Shown here: positions 10,837 to 20,943 of the stretch, piece after piece
Layout: each line of letters begins with the position of its first letter
Numbering within the stretch: the first letter of the stretch is position 1
NCBI GenBank assembly: GCA_049518775.1
Contig: JBEKRL010000001.1
Location: 4,076 to 68,075 of the forward strand
Origin: Candidatus Dormibacteria bacterium
Lineage (GTDB): Bacteria; Chloroflexota; Dormibacteria; Aeolococcales; Bog-877
Length of the DNA stretch: 64,000 nt
Direction of reading: 5' to 3'
Program-made: the position numbers and the translations under genes
The notes under the pieces: model-generated
Databases searched by the model: none
What the model was told of the DNA's origin: nothing
The model's input: the letters and a program-made list of their open reading frames with translations, nothing else

Positions 10837-12029
10837 GGCTTCTGCTCGAGCGGGTGGGACGGCTGATCACCCCCGGGGCGCCACCCGGGCAGGGGATGGC
10901 GGTGCTGATCGAGGACGGACTGGTTGCCAAGGTCGGGCCCAGCGGTTCGCTGACGCCGGCTGGGGAGGTCCTCGTGTACGACTGCCGTGGCGCTCTCCTC
11001 ACCCCGGGCCTGATCGACAGCCATACCCATCCCCTCTACGCCCACCCCCGGCTGGCCGAGATCGCCGCCAGGACCCGCGGGGCCAGCTACGCGGAAATCG
11101 CAGCTGGCGGAGGCGGGATCAACGCCACCGTGCTCGACACGCGCCAGGCCGGCTGGGCGGAGCTGGAGCTGGGGCTGCGGAACCGGTTGCGCCAGTGGCT
11201 CCGTCTCGGCACCACCACCGTGGAGGTCAAGACCGGCTACTGGCTCAACCGGGACGGGGAACTGGGGGCCGTGGAGCTGTTCCACAAGCTGGCAGCGCAA
11301 AGAGACCTCCCCGACCTCACCGTCACCTTCCTGGGAGCTCACGCGCTGCCGCCGGAGTACCAGGGGCGGCGCCAGGAGTTCGTCGAGGAGGTGGCCGGGT
11401 GGACCGCGGAGGCTTACGCCAGGGGGGCAGGCTTCTGCGATGTCTTCTGCGACGAGGGGGCCTTCACCGTCGCCGAGTCGGCCCACATCCTCGGCGCCGC
11501 CCGGGCGGCCGGCATGCGCTTGCGGATCCACGCCGACGAGCTCGCCCTCACCGGCGCTACCGATCTGGCGGTGGAGCTCGGGGCCCACTCCGCCGACCAT
11601 CTGCTGGCCATAGGTGACTCCGAGGTCGCGGCCCTGGCCGGAAGCTCAACCGTGGCGACACTCTGCCCCGTGACCGCGTTGGCGATGGGCAGGACGCCGC
11701 CGGCCAGGGCCCTGGCGGCAGCCGGGGTGACCGTGGCGCTGGGGACAGACCACAACCCGGGTACCTCGGGAGCGACCTCGATGAGCCTCATCGTCTGGTT
11801 GGCCGTCACCGAGCTGGGGCTGAGCGTCGATCAGGCGCTCAGTGCTGCCACCGCCGGCGGCGCCCGCTCGCTGGGGCTGGCCGACCGGGGTCGGGTCGAG
11901 CCCGGGCTGGTGGCGGACCTGGTGCTTTGGGACGCCGACCACGAGGGGGCGTTCGCCTGGCGGCCTGACCTAGAGCCGCTGCAGGTATGGCGCCAGGGCG
12001 TACCGGTTTCGGCCGCCTCACCAGGCTAG
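10833..12029 (+). CDS. hutI: Imidazolonepropionase
   Basis: LTPGLIDSHTHP, IHADEL and DHNPGTS motifs. The GTG start overlaps the hutF stop. Confidence 0.9.
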   Translation: MRLLLERVGRLITPGAPPGQGMAVLIEDGLVAKVGPSGSLTPAGEVLVYDCRGALLTPGLIDSHTHPLYAHPRLAEIAARTRGASYAEIAAGGGGINATVLDTRQAGWAELELGLRNRLRQWLRLGTTTVEVKTGYWLNRDGELGAVELFHKLAAQRDLPDLTVTFLGAHALPPEYQGRRQEFVEEVAGWTAEAYARGAGFCDVFCDEGAFTVAESAHILGAARAAGMRLRIHADELALTGATDLAVELGAHSADHLLAIGDSEVAALAGSSTVATLCPVTALAMGRTPPARALAAAGVTVALGTDHNPGTSGATSMSLIVWLAVTELGLSVDQALSAATAGGARSLGLADRGRVEPGLVADLVLWDADHEGAFAWRPDLEPLQVWRQGVPVSAASPG

Positions 12030-12641
12030 AGCCGGGCAGTTCTCCGAAAGCGCATCAGCCGGCTGCTGCCGGATCGCTCCAAGCGCAGCCCCTCAAGGCC
12101 GGCCCGGGCGGCGGCCTGTTCGAGCCTGGTGTCGATGGCCACCGACTCGCCGACGTGGACAAGTGCTTCGGCCCCCGGGGCGAGCAGAGCACCGGCCAGT
12201 CGGAGGAGGCGGGGAACTGGCACCGCCGCCCTGGACACCAGCACCTGGGCCAGCTCAAAGCCGGGTCTCGCGGCCAGCTCGCCGGCATCGCCGACCGCCA
12301 CCCGCACGGAGCCGAGGCCCAGCTGGCCGAGGCAGCTGAGCAGGAAGGCGGCCTTGGCCCGGTCCCTCTCGACCAGGGTCATCGAGACCGCCGGCACCGC
12401 GATCGCCAGCGGGATCCCTGGGAGGCCCCCGCCACTGCCCAGGTCGAGGACCCGCTCGCCCGGCGACCAGTCGCGCAGGGGCACGAGGTCGAGCGACTCC
12501 TGGATGTGTCGCCGCTCGGCCTCGGCGCGCGGAACCCGGGTGAGGTTGAGCCGCTCGCGGTCCGAGTAGAGCAGCTCCACGAAGCGGTCGAGGAGCTGGC
12601 GCTCGCGCTCCCCGAGCTCAGCGCCAGAGCTCACGGCGCAA
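12026..12641 (-). CDS. rsmG: 16S rRNA (guanine527-N7)-methyltransferase RsmG
   Basis: VLDLGSGGGLPGIPLAI SAM motif plus a GidB-like C-terminus. The likely GTG start (VSSGAELG) lies downstream of the proline-rich leader of the first-ATG ORF. Confidence 0.75.
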
Positions 12642-12684
12642 TCTTGCACTCCCCGCCGGGAGGGCTTCACCGGGACGCACTTGC

Positions 12685-13599
12685 TCAGGAGAGGACATCG
12701 TGGCGGCTCAGAGACAGGGCTGAGAGGGCCAGCAGCAAGAGCCACCAGGCCCCGACCACCGCCAGCGTCTCGGGCAGCGACGTGTGGACCGCGGGTGTGG
12801 CCAGGCCGGCGTAAAGCTGGGGCCGGTGCAGCTGGAGCAGCCCTGGCAGCCGGTTGAGGCTGGGTCCGTAAAGGAACGCCGTGGCTTCCGCCCACCCCGC
12901 CGCACCGGTGACGTGCTGCATCTGTGGAAGCGCCACCGCCAGACCGTTGTCGACGGGGAAGAAGAGCACCGCGAGAAGCATCCCGCCGGTCACCGAGCGC
13001 AGCAGGGATGCCATCGCAAGCGCCAGCAGGATGCAGGAAAACTCACTGATCGCGCAGGCGAGCAGCGCCAGTCCCAAGTTGCCCCAGGCCACCCCGGGAA
13101 GCTGCTCCAGCAACCCCACCGATCCGGTCTGATGCTGCACCACGACCAGAGTCCCAACGGCCGCCAGCAGCGTGAACCCAACCAGCAGGACCAGCGCGTA
13201 AATCGCCACCGCCACGAGCTTGGCGAACAGCATCTGCCAGCGGCCGGTGCCCCGCCCCAGCAGCACCCTGATGGTGCCCAGGTCGTACTCCATGCCGAGC
13301 AGCCGAGAGGCGGTGAGGAGGATGGCGATCCCCGCGCCCATGGTGAAGAAGAGCTGCAGCGGACTGAGGATCCCGTAGAAGCCGCTGAGGGGGTGGTGGA
13401 CCAGCTGCGCCTGCAGGGTCGGGTTGGTCGCGTACACCAGCATGACCACGGCCAGGAAGAGGACCCCGAGCGTGGTCATCACCAGCGTCGGCCGCTGCCG
13501 GCGCAGCTTGAGCAACTCCCCCCGCACCGCTCCGCCGAAGCGAGGGCGGGCCCAGTGGAGACTGGCCAGCGCCGGAGTGGGGGCGCTACCCGCAGTCAC
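12685..13599 (-). CDS. ABC-2 family transporter permease
   Basis: Six predicted TM segments. Co-oriented with the overlapping ATPase gene (ATGA overlap). Confidence 0.65.
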   Translation of the reverse strand: MTAGSAPTPALASLHWARPRFGGAVRGELLKLRRQRPTLVMTTLGVLFLAVVMLVYATNPTLQAQLVHHPLSGFYGILSPLQLFFTMGAGIAILLTASRLLGMEYDLGTIRVLLGRGTGRWQMLFAKLVAVAIYALVLLVGFTLLAAVGTLVVVQHQTGSVGLLEQLPGVAWGNLGLALLACAISEFSCILLALAMASLLRSVTGGMLLAVLFFPVDNGLAVALPQMQHVTGAAGWAEATAFLYGPSLNRLPGLLQLHRPQLYAGLATPAVHTSLPETLAVVGAWWLLLLALSALSLSRHDVLS

Positions 13600-14603
13600 G
13601 AGCCGTCTCCGGTGAGCTCCAGGAAGATCTCCTCCAGGTCCCGGTGCTGGCGGCTGAGCGCCTCGGGGACGAACCCGGCCCGGCTCAGCATCCCGTTCAG
13701 CTCCCGCCCGCTCCCCCCCGGCGCCTCGGTGACAATCCGCCCCTGGGCGTCGAGCCGGGCCTCCTGGCCCCAGGGCTGGCAGTGGATCAGGTTGAGCGCC
13801 CCCGCGGCATCCTCGACCTCCACCAGGAAGGGCCCACCGGAGTCCCGTAGCTCCTCGATCCGGCCCACCCGGATCAGCTCGCCCCGCCGCAGGATGCCCA
13901 CCCGGTCGCAGAGCCGCTCCACCTCGCCCAGGACGTGACTCGAGACGAATACGGTCTTGCCCGAGTCCCGTAGCTGCCGGAGGAGAGATCGGATCGACCG
14001 GATGCCGGCCGGGTCCAGCCCGTTGGCGGGCTCGTCCAGGATCAGGAGCTCCGGGTCGTGGAGCAGCGCGATCGCCAGCCCCAGCCGCTGTCGCATCCCC
14101 AGCGAATAGCTGGAGACCCGGTCTCGCTGCCGATCCCGCAGCTCCACCAATTCCAGGAGTGCATCGATCCGGCTGGAGGTAACCCCTCCCAGAGGCGCCG
14201 CTAGAACTCTGAGGTTATCCCGGCCGCTGAGGTGGAGATAGAGGGCGGCGGTCTCCACCAAGGGCCCCACCCGGGGGAGCACCGCAGACCGGTGCCGCGC
14301 CACGTCCTGACCGAATATCTCGACCCTCCCTGAGCTGGGCCGGATCAGCCCAAGGGCCATCTTCATGGTGGTGGTCTTGCCGGCCCCGTTGGGACCCAGG
14401 AACCCGAAGATCTCGCCGCAGAACACCTCCAGGTTGAGGTGTTCGACCGCAACCTTGGATCCGAAGCGCTTGCCTAGGTCCACGGCCGCCAGCGCAGTGG
14501 GCCCCTTGTACGAGGGCGGAGGTCCTGCCGACTCCAGCTCCTGGGGCGGCACCGGGCCCGCTCCCGCCACCTCCCCCGCAGTTTGGGGGCCCCCACTGCT
14601 CAT
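13596..14603 (-). CDS. ABC transporter ATP-binding protein
   Basis: Walker [10 protein letters not shown]; signature LSGGMRQRL-like YSLGMRQRLGLA; Walker B LLILDEP. Confidence 0.85.
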   Translation of the reverse strand: MSSGGPQTAGEVAGAGPVPPQELESAGPPPSYKGPTALAAVDLGKRFGSKVAVEHLNLEVFCGEIFGFLGPNGAGKTTTMKMALGLIRPSSGRVEIFGQDVARHRSAVLPRVGPLVETAALYLHLSGRDNLRVLAAPLGGVTSSRIDALLELVELRDRQRDRVSSYSLGMRQRLGLAIALLHDPELLILDEPANGLDPAGIRSIRSLLRQLRDSGKTVFVSSHVLGEVERLCDRVGILRRGELIRVGRIEELRDSGGPFLVEVEDAAGALNLIHCQPWGQEARLDAQGRIVTEAPGGSGRELNGMLSRAGFVPEALSRQHRDLEEIFLELTGDGS

Positions 14604-14725
14604 CCGTCCATGATGGGGGCTGGGGCGGGCCCCCGGGTCAGCTGGCCAGCGGGTGCGCTCCCGAGTTCGAATTGGCGGTCCCGCCGCGTTGACAGAGGGC
14701 GGCTGACCCCGGTGGCGTCCCAGCG

Positions 14726-15321
14726 GTGCTGCAGATGGCCATCTCGGCGCGCCCTCGGCTGGTCCTCGCCGACCTGATCCCCGGGGACCGGGTGCGGGAT
14801 ACCCTGGTGGTCCTCGGCTACGCCGGGCTGGTGGGGCGGGCGGCCCAGCTGTCGGCCCGGCTCCCCTTCACGCCGATCCCCCCGACCGGCCAGACCTTCG
14901 CAGTGCTGTTGGGCGGGCCGGCGGCGGGGACGCGCCGCGGCGCTGCTGGGATGGTGCTCTTCATGGTGGCCGGAATGATCCGGGTGCCCTGGTTCGCCGG
15001 GGGTCCGGGTGGGTTCTCGATCCTCGCCTCGCCCGGCGTCGGCTACATCGTGGGCTTCAGCTTTGCGGCCGCCGTCCTGGGGATGCTGGCCCGCCGCGGC
15101 TTCGAGCGCCATCCGCTCCCCTTGGTCCTGGCGCTGGTGGCAGGGAACGCGGTGGTCTACGCCTTCGGCGCCACCTGGGCGGGGGCCAGGCGCTGGCCCT
15201 GGGGGTCACCCCGTTCCTGCTCGGGGGCGCCCTGAAGGCAGTCCTAGCAACCGCGCTGCTACCTGCAGCCTGGCAGCTGGTGGGTCGCTCCGAGGTCGAC
15301 CGGGAGCGCCGCTCTCAGTAA
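14726..15321 (+). pseudogene. bioY: Biotin transporter BioY, frameshifted near 15176-15185 (G-run); C-terminus continues in another frame to the TAA at 15319
   Basis: Frame 2 encodes the BioY-like N-terminus (PTGQTFAVLLGG, GYIVGF) but ends in junk (AGARRWPWGSPRS). Frame 1 from ~15180 gives a typical BioY C-terminus: LALGVTPFLLGGALKAVLATALLPAAWQLV. Confidence 0.55.
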
Positions 15322-15686
15322 AGCCCCAGTTCCAGCTTGGCCTCGTCCGACGCCATGGTATGGGGGTCCCAGGGGGGGTTCCAGACCAGGTCCACCCTGA
15401 CCTCGCGGATTCCCGGCAGGAACTGGGTGGCCATGTGGACCTGGGACTCCAGCATGGGGCCCAGCGGGCAGTACGGGGTGGTCAGCGTCATGGTCACGAC
15501 CGCATCCCCCTCCTGGTCCACCTCCACGCCGTAGACCAACCCCAGGCTGACGATGTCCAGGCCCAACTCGGGGTCGATCACCTCGCGCAAAGCCTCGTGG
15601 ACGTCATCTCCCGTCGCCCTCAGGATGGCGGCCGTCGGGGCTTCGGGAGCTGCTGCTGCCTCGGTCTCAGGCCCTGGCTCGTCCAT
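15315..15686 (-). CDS. sufT: SUF system Fe-S assembly protein, DUF59/MIP18 family (SufT-like)
   Basis: DPELGLDIVSLGLVY...VTMTLTTPYCP motif. Last gene of the suf operon. Confidence 0.75.
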   Translation of the reverse strand: MDEPGPETEAAAAPEAPTAAILRATGDDVHEALREVIDPELGLDIVSLGLVYGVEVDQEGDAVVTMTLTTPYCPLGPMLESQVHMATQFLPGIREVRVDLVWNPPWDPHTMASDEAKLELGLY

Positions 15687-16140
15687 CCCTACCCTCCAGC
15701 TGATCGAGCCCGGCCTCCAGCGCGGTCCAGGGCAGCATGGCGCACTTGACCCTGGCCGCATAGCGACGCACCCCCGCCAGCGCCTCCAGGTCGCCGAGCT
15801 CCCCGACGGTGGTGGGGTCCTTACCTTCCAGGAGCATGGCCCGGAAGCTGCCGATCAGGTCCCTGGCACTGTCCAGGGACTTGCCCTGGATCTCCTCACT
15901 CATCATCGAGGCCGCTGCCATCGAGATCGAGCAGCCCTGGCCCTCGAACCCGACCTCCTCGACCTGGCCCTCTCGGACCCGCAGGCTGATGTCGACCTCG
16001 TCACCGCAGAGCGGGTTGTAGCCGTGGGTCGCGACATCGGCGGGCTCCACCAAGCCCCGGTGACGGGGATGCCGGTAGTGGTCCAGGATGATCTCCCGGA
16101 AGAGCTCGTCGTCGAAGCTGGCCGGATTAGCCTGCGCCAC
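15667..16140 (-). CDS. sufU: SUF system NifU-like sulfur-transfer/scaffold protein SufU
   Basis: NPLCGDEVDISL, GQGCSIS, KCAMLPW conserved cysteines. Confidence 0.85.
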   Translation of the reverse strand: MAQANPASFDDELFREIILDHYRHPRHRGLVEPADVATHGYNPLCGDEVDISLRVREGQVEEVGFEGQGCSISMAAASMMSEEIQGKSLDSARDLIGSFRAMLLEGKDPTTVGELGDLEALAGVRRYAARVKCAMLPWTALEAGLDQLEGRDGRARA

Positions 16141-16530
16141 CTGCTAATCCTACCCCGCCCTGGGAATTGCAAGCGGGGACCGGAGTCGAGCTCCGATCCC
16201 CGCCGTTAGGGCTCGCGAGTTGAGAACTTCCGACGCGGGACGCCCACCGGCCCGGACCGCCTGTCCGGATCCGCTATCCGTGGTTGACCAGCGCGTCTTA
16301 GAACTTCAGGTCCCGGCCAAAGTCCTCAGTCGGTCCCCAAGATGGTGAGAGTCCGTTTAGATATACCTTCGACCATGGGCACTACCTCCTTTTCTTGGGG
16401 TGCCGCCACAGCAGAGGCACCGTTGCACCCCCGCGGGACGGCCAGACGACGCTGTCGCTCGATAGTTTAGGGCCGAGCCGGGCCACCGCCGCGCGACCAG
16501 AGCTGCCGGCGCACGCCAGCGGAGCCGAGA

Positions 16531-17763
16531 TCAGCTGCCGAAGATCCGGTTCACGTCGCCGAGCGCCTCCACCAGCGCATCCACGTCCTCGCGGGTGTTG
16601 TAGAGGTAGAGGCTGGCCCGGGTGGTGGCCGCCACCCCGAGCCGGCGCATCAGGGGCTGACAGCAATGGTGGCCAGCTCTGACCGCGACCCCGCTGCGGT
16701 CCAGGATGGTGCCCACGTCGTGCGGGTGGACCCCCTGCAGGTTGAAGGAAATGATCCCCGGCTGTTGGGGGCTGGGGCGGCCGTAGCGGGTGAGTCCGGG
16801 GACGCCCGAGAGCACCTCGTCGGCGTACCCGGTGAGCTCCGCCCCGTGTTGGAAGATGGCCTCCATCCCGATGTCTTCCAGGTAGTCCACCGCCGCCCAG
16901 AGCCCGGCCGCCCCGGCGATGTCCGGGGTGCCCGCCTCGAACTTGTGCGGAATCTCGTCCCAGGTGGTCCGCTCCAGGGTCACCACCGAGATCATCGAGC
17001 CTCCGGTCAAGAACGGCTCCATGGCCTCGAGCAGCTCAGGCCGCCCATAGAGGACCCCGATCCCGGTCGGGCCGCACATCTTGTGGCCGGAGAACGCGTA
17101 GAAGTCGGCGTCCAACGCTTCGATATCGACCGGCATATGGGGCACCGCCTGAGCCCCGTCGACGCACACCACGATTCCCTCGCGGTGCGCCCACTCGATG
17201 AGCTCGGCGACCGGGTTGATCGTCCCCAGGACATTGCTGACGTGCGAGACGGACACCAACCGGGTTGGCGGCTGGAGCAGTCTCGCCGCCGCCTCCAAGT
17301 CCAGTTGCCCGTCGGCGGTGACCGGGATGAACTCCAGCTGGCAGCCGGTCTGGTCCCGGACCCGCTGCCAGGGCACCAGGTTGGAGTGATGCTCCATCTC
17401 GGTGCAGACGATTCGGTCGGCGGGCCCGAATCGCTCTCGGGCGAACGCTTGGGCCACGAGGTTGATCCCCTCGGTGGTGTTCCGGACGAAGATCACCCCC
17501 CTGGGCTCAGCGCCGACCAGCCGGGCCACCGCCACCCTAGCCCCCTCGAAAACCTCGGTGGCCCTCTCGCCGAGGGCGTGGACCCCCCGGTGGACATTGG
17601 CGTTGGCCGTCCGGTAGTAGTCCGAGATGGCATCGATCACCACCTCCGGCTTCTGGGACGACGCCGCGTTATCCAAGTAGACCAGTCGATGGCCATTGAC
17701 CCGCTCCCGGAGGATCGGGAAGTCAGATGCGACCCGGCTGGCGTCCAGCGTCGCCGTCCTCAC
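16531..17763 (-). CDS. sufS: Cysteine desulfurase SufS (class II)
   Basis: FPILRERVNGHRLVYLDNAASSQKP...SGHKMCGPTGIG. The GTG start overlaps the Rieske stop (GTGA). The first-ATG ORF extends a further 45 aa of low-complexity sequence. Confidence 0.9.
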   Translation of the reverse strand: MRTATLDASRVASDFPILRERVNGHRLVYLDNAASSQKPEVVIDAISDYYRTANANVHRGVHALGERATEVFEGARVAVARLVGAEPRGVIFVRNTTEGINLVAQAFARERFGPADRIVCTEMEHHSNLVPWQRVRDQTGCQLEFIPVTADGQLDLEAAARLLQPPTRLVSVSHVSNVLGTINPVAELIEWAHREGIVVCVDGAQAVPHMPVDIEALDADFYAFSGHKMCGPTGIGVLYGRPELLEAMEPFLTGGSMISVVTLERTTWDEIPHKFEAGTPDIAGAAGLWAAVDYLEDIGMEAIFQHGAELTGYADEVLSGVPGLTRYGRPSPQQPGIISFNLQGVHPHDVGTILDRSGVAVRAGHHCCQPLMRRLGVAATTRASLYLYNTREDVDALVEALGDVNRIFGS

Positions 17764-18089
17764 GGCGCCCCCTCGCTGACTGCCACCCAGAGCTCCCCCT
17801 CCCTGACCTCCACCCGGTGAACCCGGACCGGCTCGACCGCAGGCAGCGAGACCGCCTCGCCGGTTCTCAGGTCGAACTGGCTGCCGTGCAGCGGGCATTC
17901 CACCGAGCAGCTGTCCGGGTGGAGCTCGCCCTCGGAGAGAGCGGCCATGGCGTGACTGCAGGTGTCATCCAGGGCGTGGAACTCACCGTTCACGTTGAAG
18001 ACCGCGATCGGCAGGTCGCCCACGTCCACCCGGGCCGCGTGACCCCGAGGGATCGCCGCGGCGTCGCCGATCCGGATCCACTCCGCCAT
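17760..18089 (-). CDS. Rieske (2Fe-2S) domain protein embedded in the suf operon
   Basis: CSHAMAALSEG...CPLHGSQFD Rieske CxH/CxxH boxes. Confidence 0.8.
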   Translation of the reverse strand: MAEWIRIGDAAAIPRGHAARVDVGDLPIAVFNVNGEFHALDDTCSHAMAALSEGELHPDSCSVECPLHGSQFDLRTGEAVSLPAVEPVRVHRVEVREGELWVAVSEGAP

Positions 18090-19435
18090 CAGGGGTCCGG
18101 GGTGGAGCCAACCAGCGCCCCGGACCTGACCAAGCGCTCAAGCCCGGAAAGGACCAGGCGGCCGGTGCTCTCGCGCAGATCGCCCTCGGGGAAGGAGTCG
18201 ATGACATCGGCGAAGAAGCCCTCGACGATGAGTCGGCGAGCCTGCTCCCGCCCAATCCCCCGGCTCTGGCAGTAGAAGAGGTGGTTGTCGTCGATCCGAC
18301 CAGCGGTGGAACCGTGGGTGCAGCGAACGTCGTTGGCCAGGATCTCCAGGGTGGGATTGCTGTCGGCCTTGGCCACCGGGCTCAGCAGCAGGTTGCGGTT
18401 CTGGACGTAGGCGTTGGTCTTCTGGGCCCCCTCCTCGACCCGGATCAGCCCCGCATAGACCGAGCGCGATTGGCCGGCCACCGCCACCCGGTAGAGGAGG
18501 TCGCTCACGGCGCCACGGGCGATGTGGTCCTGGAGGGTCTGGACGTCGAAGTGCTGCTTGCCGTCTCCGAGGCAGAGACCCACCAGGCGGGCGTCCGACC
18601 CCTCCCCCAGCATCAGGACCTCGAGGTGGCTCTTGAGCCAGGCGGAGCCGAGCATGATCCAGCGGCCATCGTAGCGGGCCTCCTGGCCAACATTGACCCG
18701 GACCGTGGACTGGACGATGGTCCGGTCGCCACAGGTCTGCCGCACCAGGTGGGTGAGGTGGGACCCACGGGCCAGCTCGACCTCCACGACCGGAGCCAGG
18801 ACCGAGGCGTCGCGCTCCGGCGAGACCCACTCCTCCAGGACGGTGAGGCTGGAACCCTCCTCCAACTTGATCAGAACGCGCGGGAAGCTGATGCTCCCCT
18901 GGTCGACTCCGTGCACCAGCCGGACGTAGCCATCGGGCGACTGACCCCTCCCCACGTGGATGCAGGCACCGCCCCTAGCTCGGATCGTGTTGAGGGAAAC
19001 CCACTTGCGCAGGCCGGGGGCCGCCACCGTGCCCAGCACCGAGCGCCAGAGCTCCGGCTCGGCCTCGATCCCCGCCTCCAGTTCGAGAACCACAGGCGGA
19101 GCGGAGGTCCCCAGCTCGAGGTTGCCCCGCTGGTCCGAGACCAGGGTCGCCAGGGCGCCCGCACCAGCCGGCGGGCGCGCCAGGGCCAGCCGGACGTACT
19201 CCGGCAGATCCTTCCCGCCTCCCACGGCCACGGCGAAGCTGGCTGGGTCCAGCCGCTCGATCTGGGGGGTCCGGTGCCAGTCCTCGTCCCGTGCGGAGGA
19301 CGGCCAGGGAGCCTCCCGGTAGGCGGCCGCGGCGGCCTGGCGAATCGCCGCCAGCCAGGCCGGGTCACCACCCGGCAGGGCGACTGGAGCTGCCTCCTCC
19401 CGCGTCAGCGGGGCAGGTGCGGCGATCTCGGTCAA
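18089..19435 (-). CDS. sufD: Fe-S cluster assembly protein SufD
   Basis: SufBD C-terminal beta-helix: RCTHGSTAGRIDDNHLFYCQSRGI. Confidence 0.85.
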   Translation of the reverse strand: MTEIAAPAPLTREEAAPVALPGGDPAWLAAIRQAAAAAYREAPWPSSARDEDWHRTPQIERLDPASFAVAVGGGKDLPEYVRLALARPPAGAGALATLVSDQRGNLELGTSAPPVVLELEAGIEAEPELWRSVLGTVAAPGLRKWVSLNTIRARGGACIHVGRGQSPDGYVRLVHGVDQGSISFPRVLIKLEEGSSLTVLEEWVSPERDASVLAPVVEVELARGSHLTHLVRQTCGDRTIVQSTVRVNVGQEARYDGRWIMLGSAWLKSHLEVLMLGEGSDARLVGLCLGDGKQHFDVQTLQDHIARGAVSDLLYRVAVAGQSRSVYAGLIRVEEGAQKTNAYVQNRNLLLSPVAKADSNPTLEILANDVRCTHGSTAGRIDDNHLFYCQSRGIGREQARRLIVEGFFADVIDSFPEGDLRESTGRLVLSGLERLVRSGALVGSTPDP

Positions 19436-19484
19436 GGTCGGCTCAGCTGCCCCGGATGACCGCAGCGCGGCTGCTGGCGCTGGT

Positions 19485-20885
19485 TCACCCGACGCTACCC
19501 TCCATCTGCAGGGTGATCAGCCGGTTGAGCTCCAGGGCGTACTCCATCGGCAGTTCCTTGACGAAGGGCTCGATGAAGCCGTTGACGATCATCGCCGTGG
19601 CCTCGGCCTCGGAGATCCCCCGCGACTGCAGGTAGAAGAGCTGCTCGTCGCCGACCTTGCTGACGCTCGCCTCGTGGCCAATCTGGACGTCCTCGGCCTC
19701 CACGTCCATGTAGGGGTAGGTGTCACTGCGGGCCTTCTCGTCCAGGAGCAGAGCGTCGCAGCGCACGCTGGAGCGGACGCCGTAGGCCTTGGGGTAGACC
19801 TTGAGATGGCCCCGGTACGAGGTCCGCCCAGTGCCCTTGCTCACCGACTTGCTGACGATGGTGCTGGTGGTGTTGGGGGCGACATGGATCACCTTGGCGC
19901 CGGCGTCCTGGTGCTGTCCATCCCCCGCGAAGGCCACCGACAGCACCTCGCCGTGGGCCCCCTCGCCCATGAGGTAGATCGAGGGGTACTTCATCGTCAC
20001 CTTGCTGCCCAGGTTGCCGTCGATCCACTCCACCACCGCGTGCTCCTTGGCGATGGCGCGCTTGGTGACCAGGTTGTAGACGTTGTTGGACCAGTTCTGG
20101 ATGGTGGTGTAGCGGACGTGGGCATGGGGCATCGCGATGATCTCCACCACCGCGCTGTGGAGTGAGTCCTTGCTGTAGGTGGGCGCGGTGCAGCCCTCGA
20201 TGTAGTGGACGAAGCTGCCCTCCTCGGCGATGATCAGGGTCCGCTCGAACTGGCCCATGCTCTCGATGTTGATGCGGAAGTAGGCCTGCAGGGGGATCTC
20301 CACCCTGACCCCCCTGGGCACGTAGACGAAGGACCCACCTGACCAGACGGCGGAGTTGAGCGCGGCGAACTTGTTGTCGTTGGGGGGGATCACCGTCCCG
20401 AAGTACTTGCGGAATATCTCGGGGTGCTCCCGGAGCCCGGTGTCGCAGTCGGCGAAGAGCACTCCCTGACTCTCCAGATCCGCGCGGATGGAGTGATAGA
20501 CCACCTCGCTCTCGTACTGGGCCGAGACCCCGGCCAGGAACTTTCGCTCCGCATCGGGGATCCCGAGCCGGTCGAAGGTGCGCTTGATCCCCTCGGGGAC
20601 CTCGTCCCAGGTGCGGCCCTGCTCCTCGGCCGGGCGCACGTAGTAGTAGATGTCGTCGAAGTCGATCCCGCTGAGGTCAGCCCCCCAGGTCGGCATCGGT
20701 CGCTGACGGAAGTGCTCCAGGGCCTTGAGCCGGAACTCCAGCATCCAGCTGGGCTCGCCCTTGCGCCGGGAGATGTCAGCCACCACCTCCGGAGAGAGGC
20801 CTCGTTCCGAGCGAAAGACGAACTCGTCGCCGTCGTTGAAGCCGTACTTGTAGTCCTTGGTCAGGTCCTTCGCCGCAACTGCCAT
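19485..20885 (-). CDS. sufB: Fe-S cluster assembly protein SufB
   Basis: [16 protein letters not shown] start. Strong SufB identity throughout, e.g. [15 protein letters not shown]. Confidence 0.9.
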   Translation of the reverse strand: MAVAAKDLTKDYKYGFNDGDEFVFRSERGLSPEVVADISRRKGEPSWMLEFRLKALEHFRQRPMPTWGADLSGIDFDDIYYYVRPAEEQGRTWDEVPEGIKRTFDRLGIPDAERKFLAGVSAQYESEVVYHSIRADLESQGVLFADCDTGLREHPEIFRKYFGTVIPPNDNKFAALNSAVWSGGSFVYVPRGVRVEIPLQAYFRINIESMGQFERTLIIAEEGSFVHYIEGCTAPTYSKDSLHSAVVEIIAMPHAHVRYTTIQNWSNNVYNLVTKRAIAKEHAVVEWIDGNLGSKVTMKYPSIYLMGEGAHGEVLSVAFAGDGQHQDAGAKVIHVAPNTTSTIVSKSVSKGTGRTSYRGHLKVYPKAYGVRSSVRCDALLLDEKARSDTYPYMDVEAEDVQIGHEASVSKVGDEQLFYLQSRGISEAEATAMIVNGFIEPFVKELPMEYALELNRLITLQMEGSVG

Positions 20886-20943
20886 CTCGACTTCCCTCGC
20901 AAACCCCACCGGGGGAGATAAATCAGACCTGCTTTCGGGTATT

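Noticed and set aside
10266-11600. 444-aa minus-strand ORF
   Set aside because: Antisense to hutF/hutI.
18281-19459. 392-aa plus-strand ORF
   Set aside because: Antisense to sufD.
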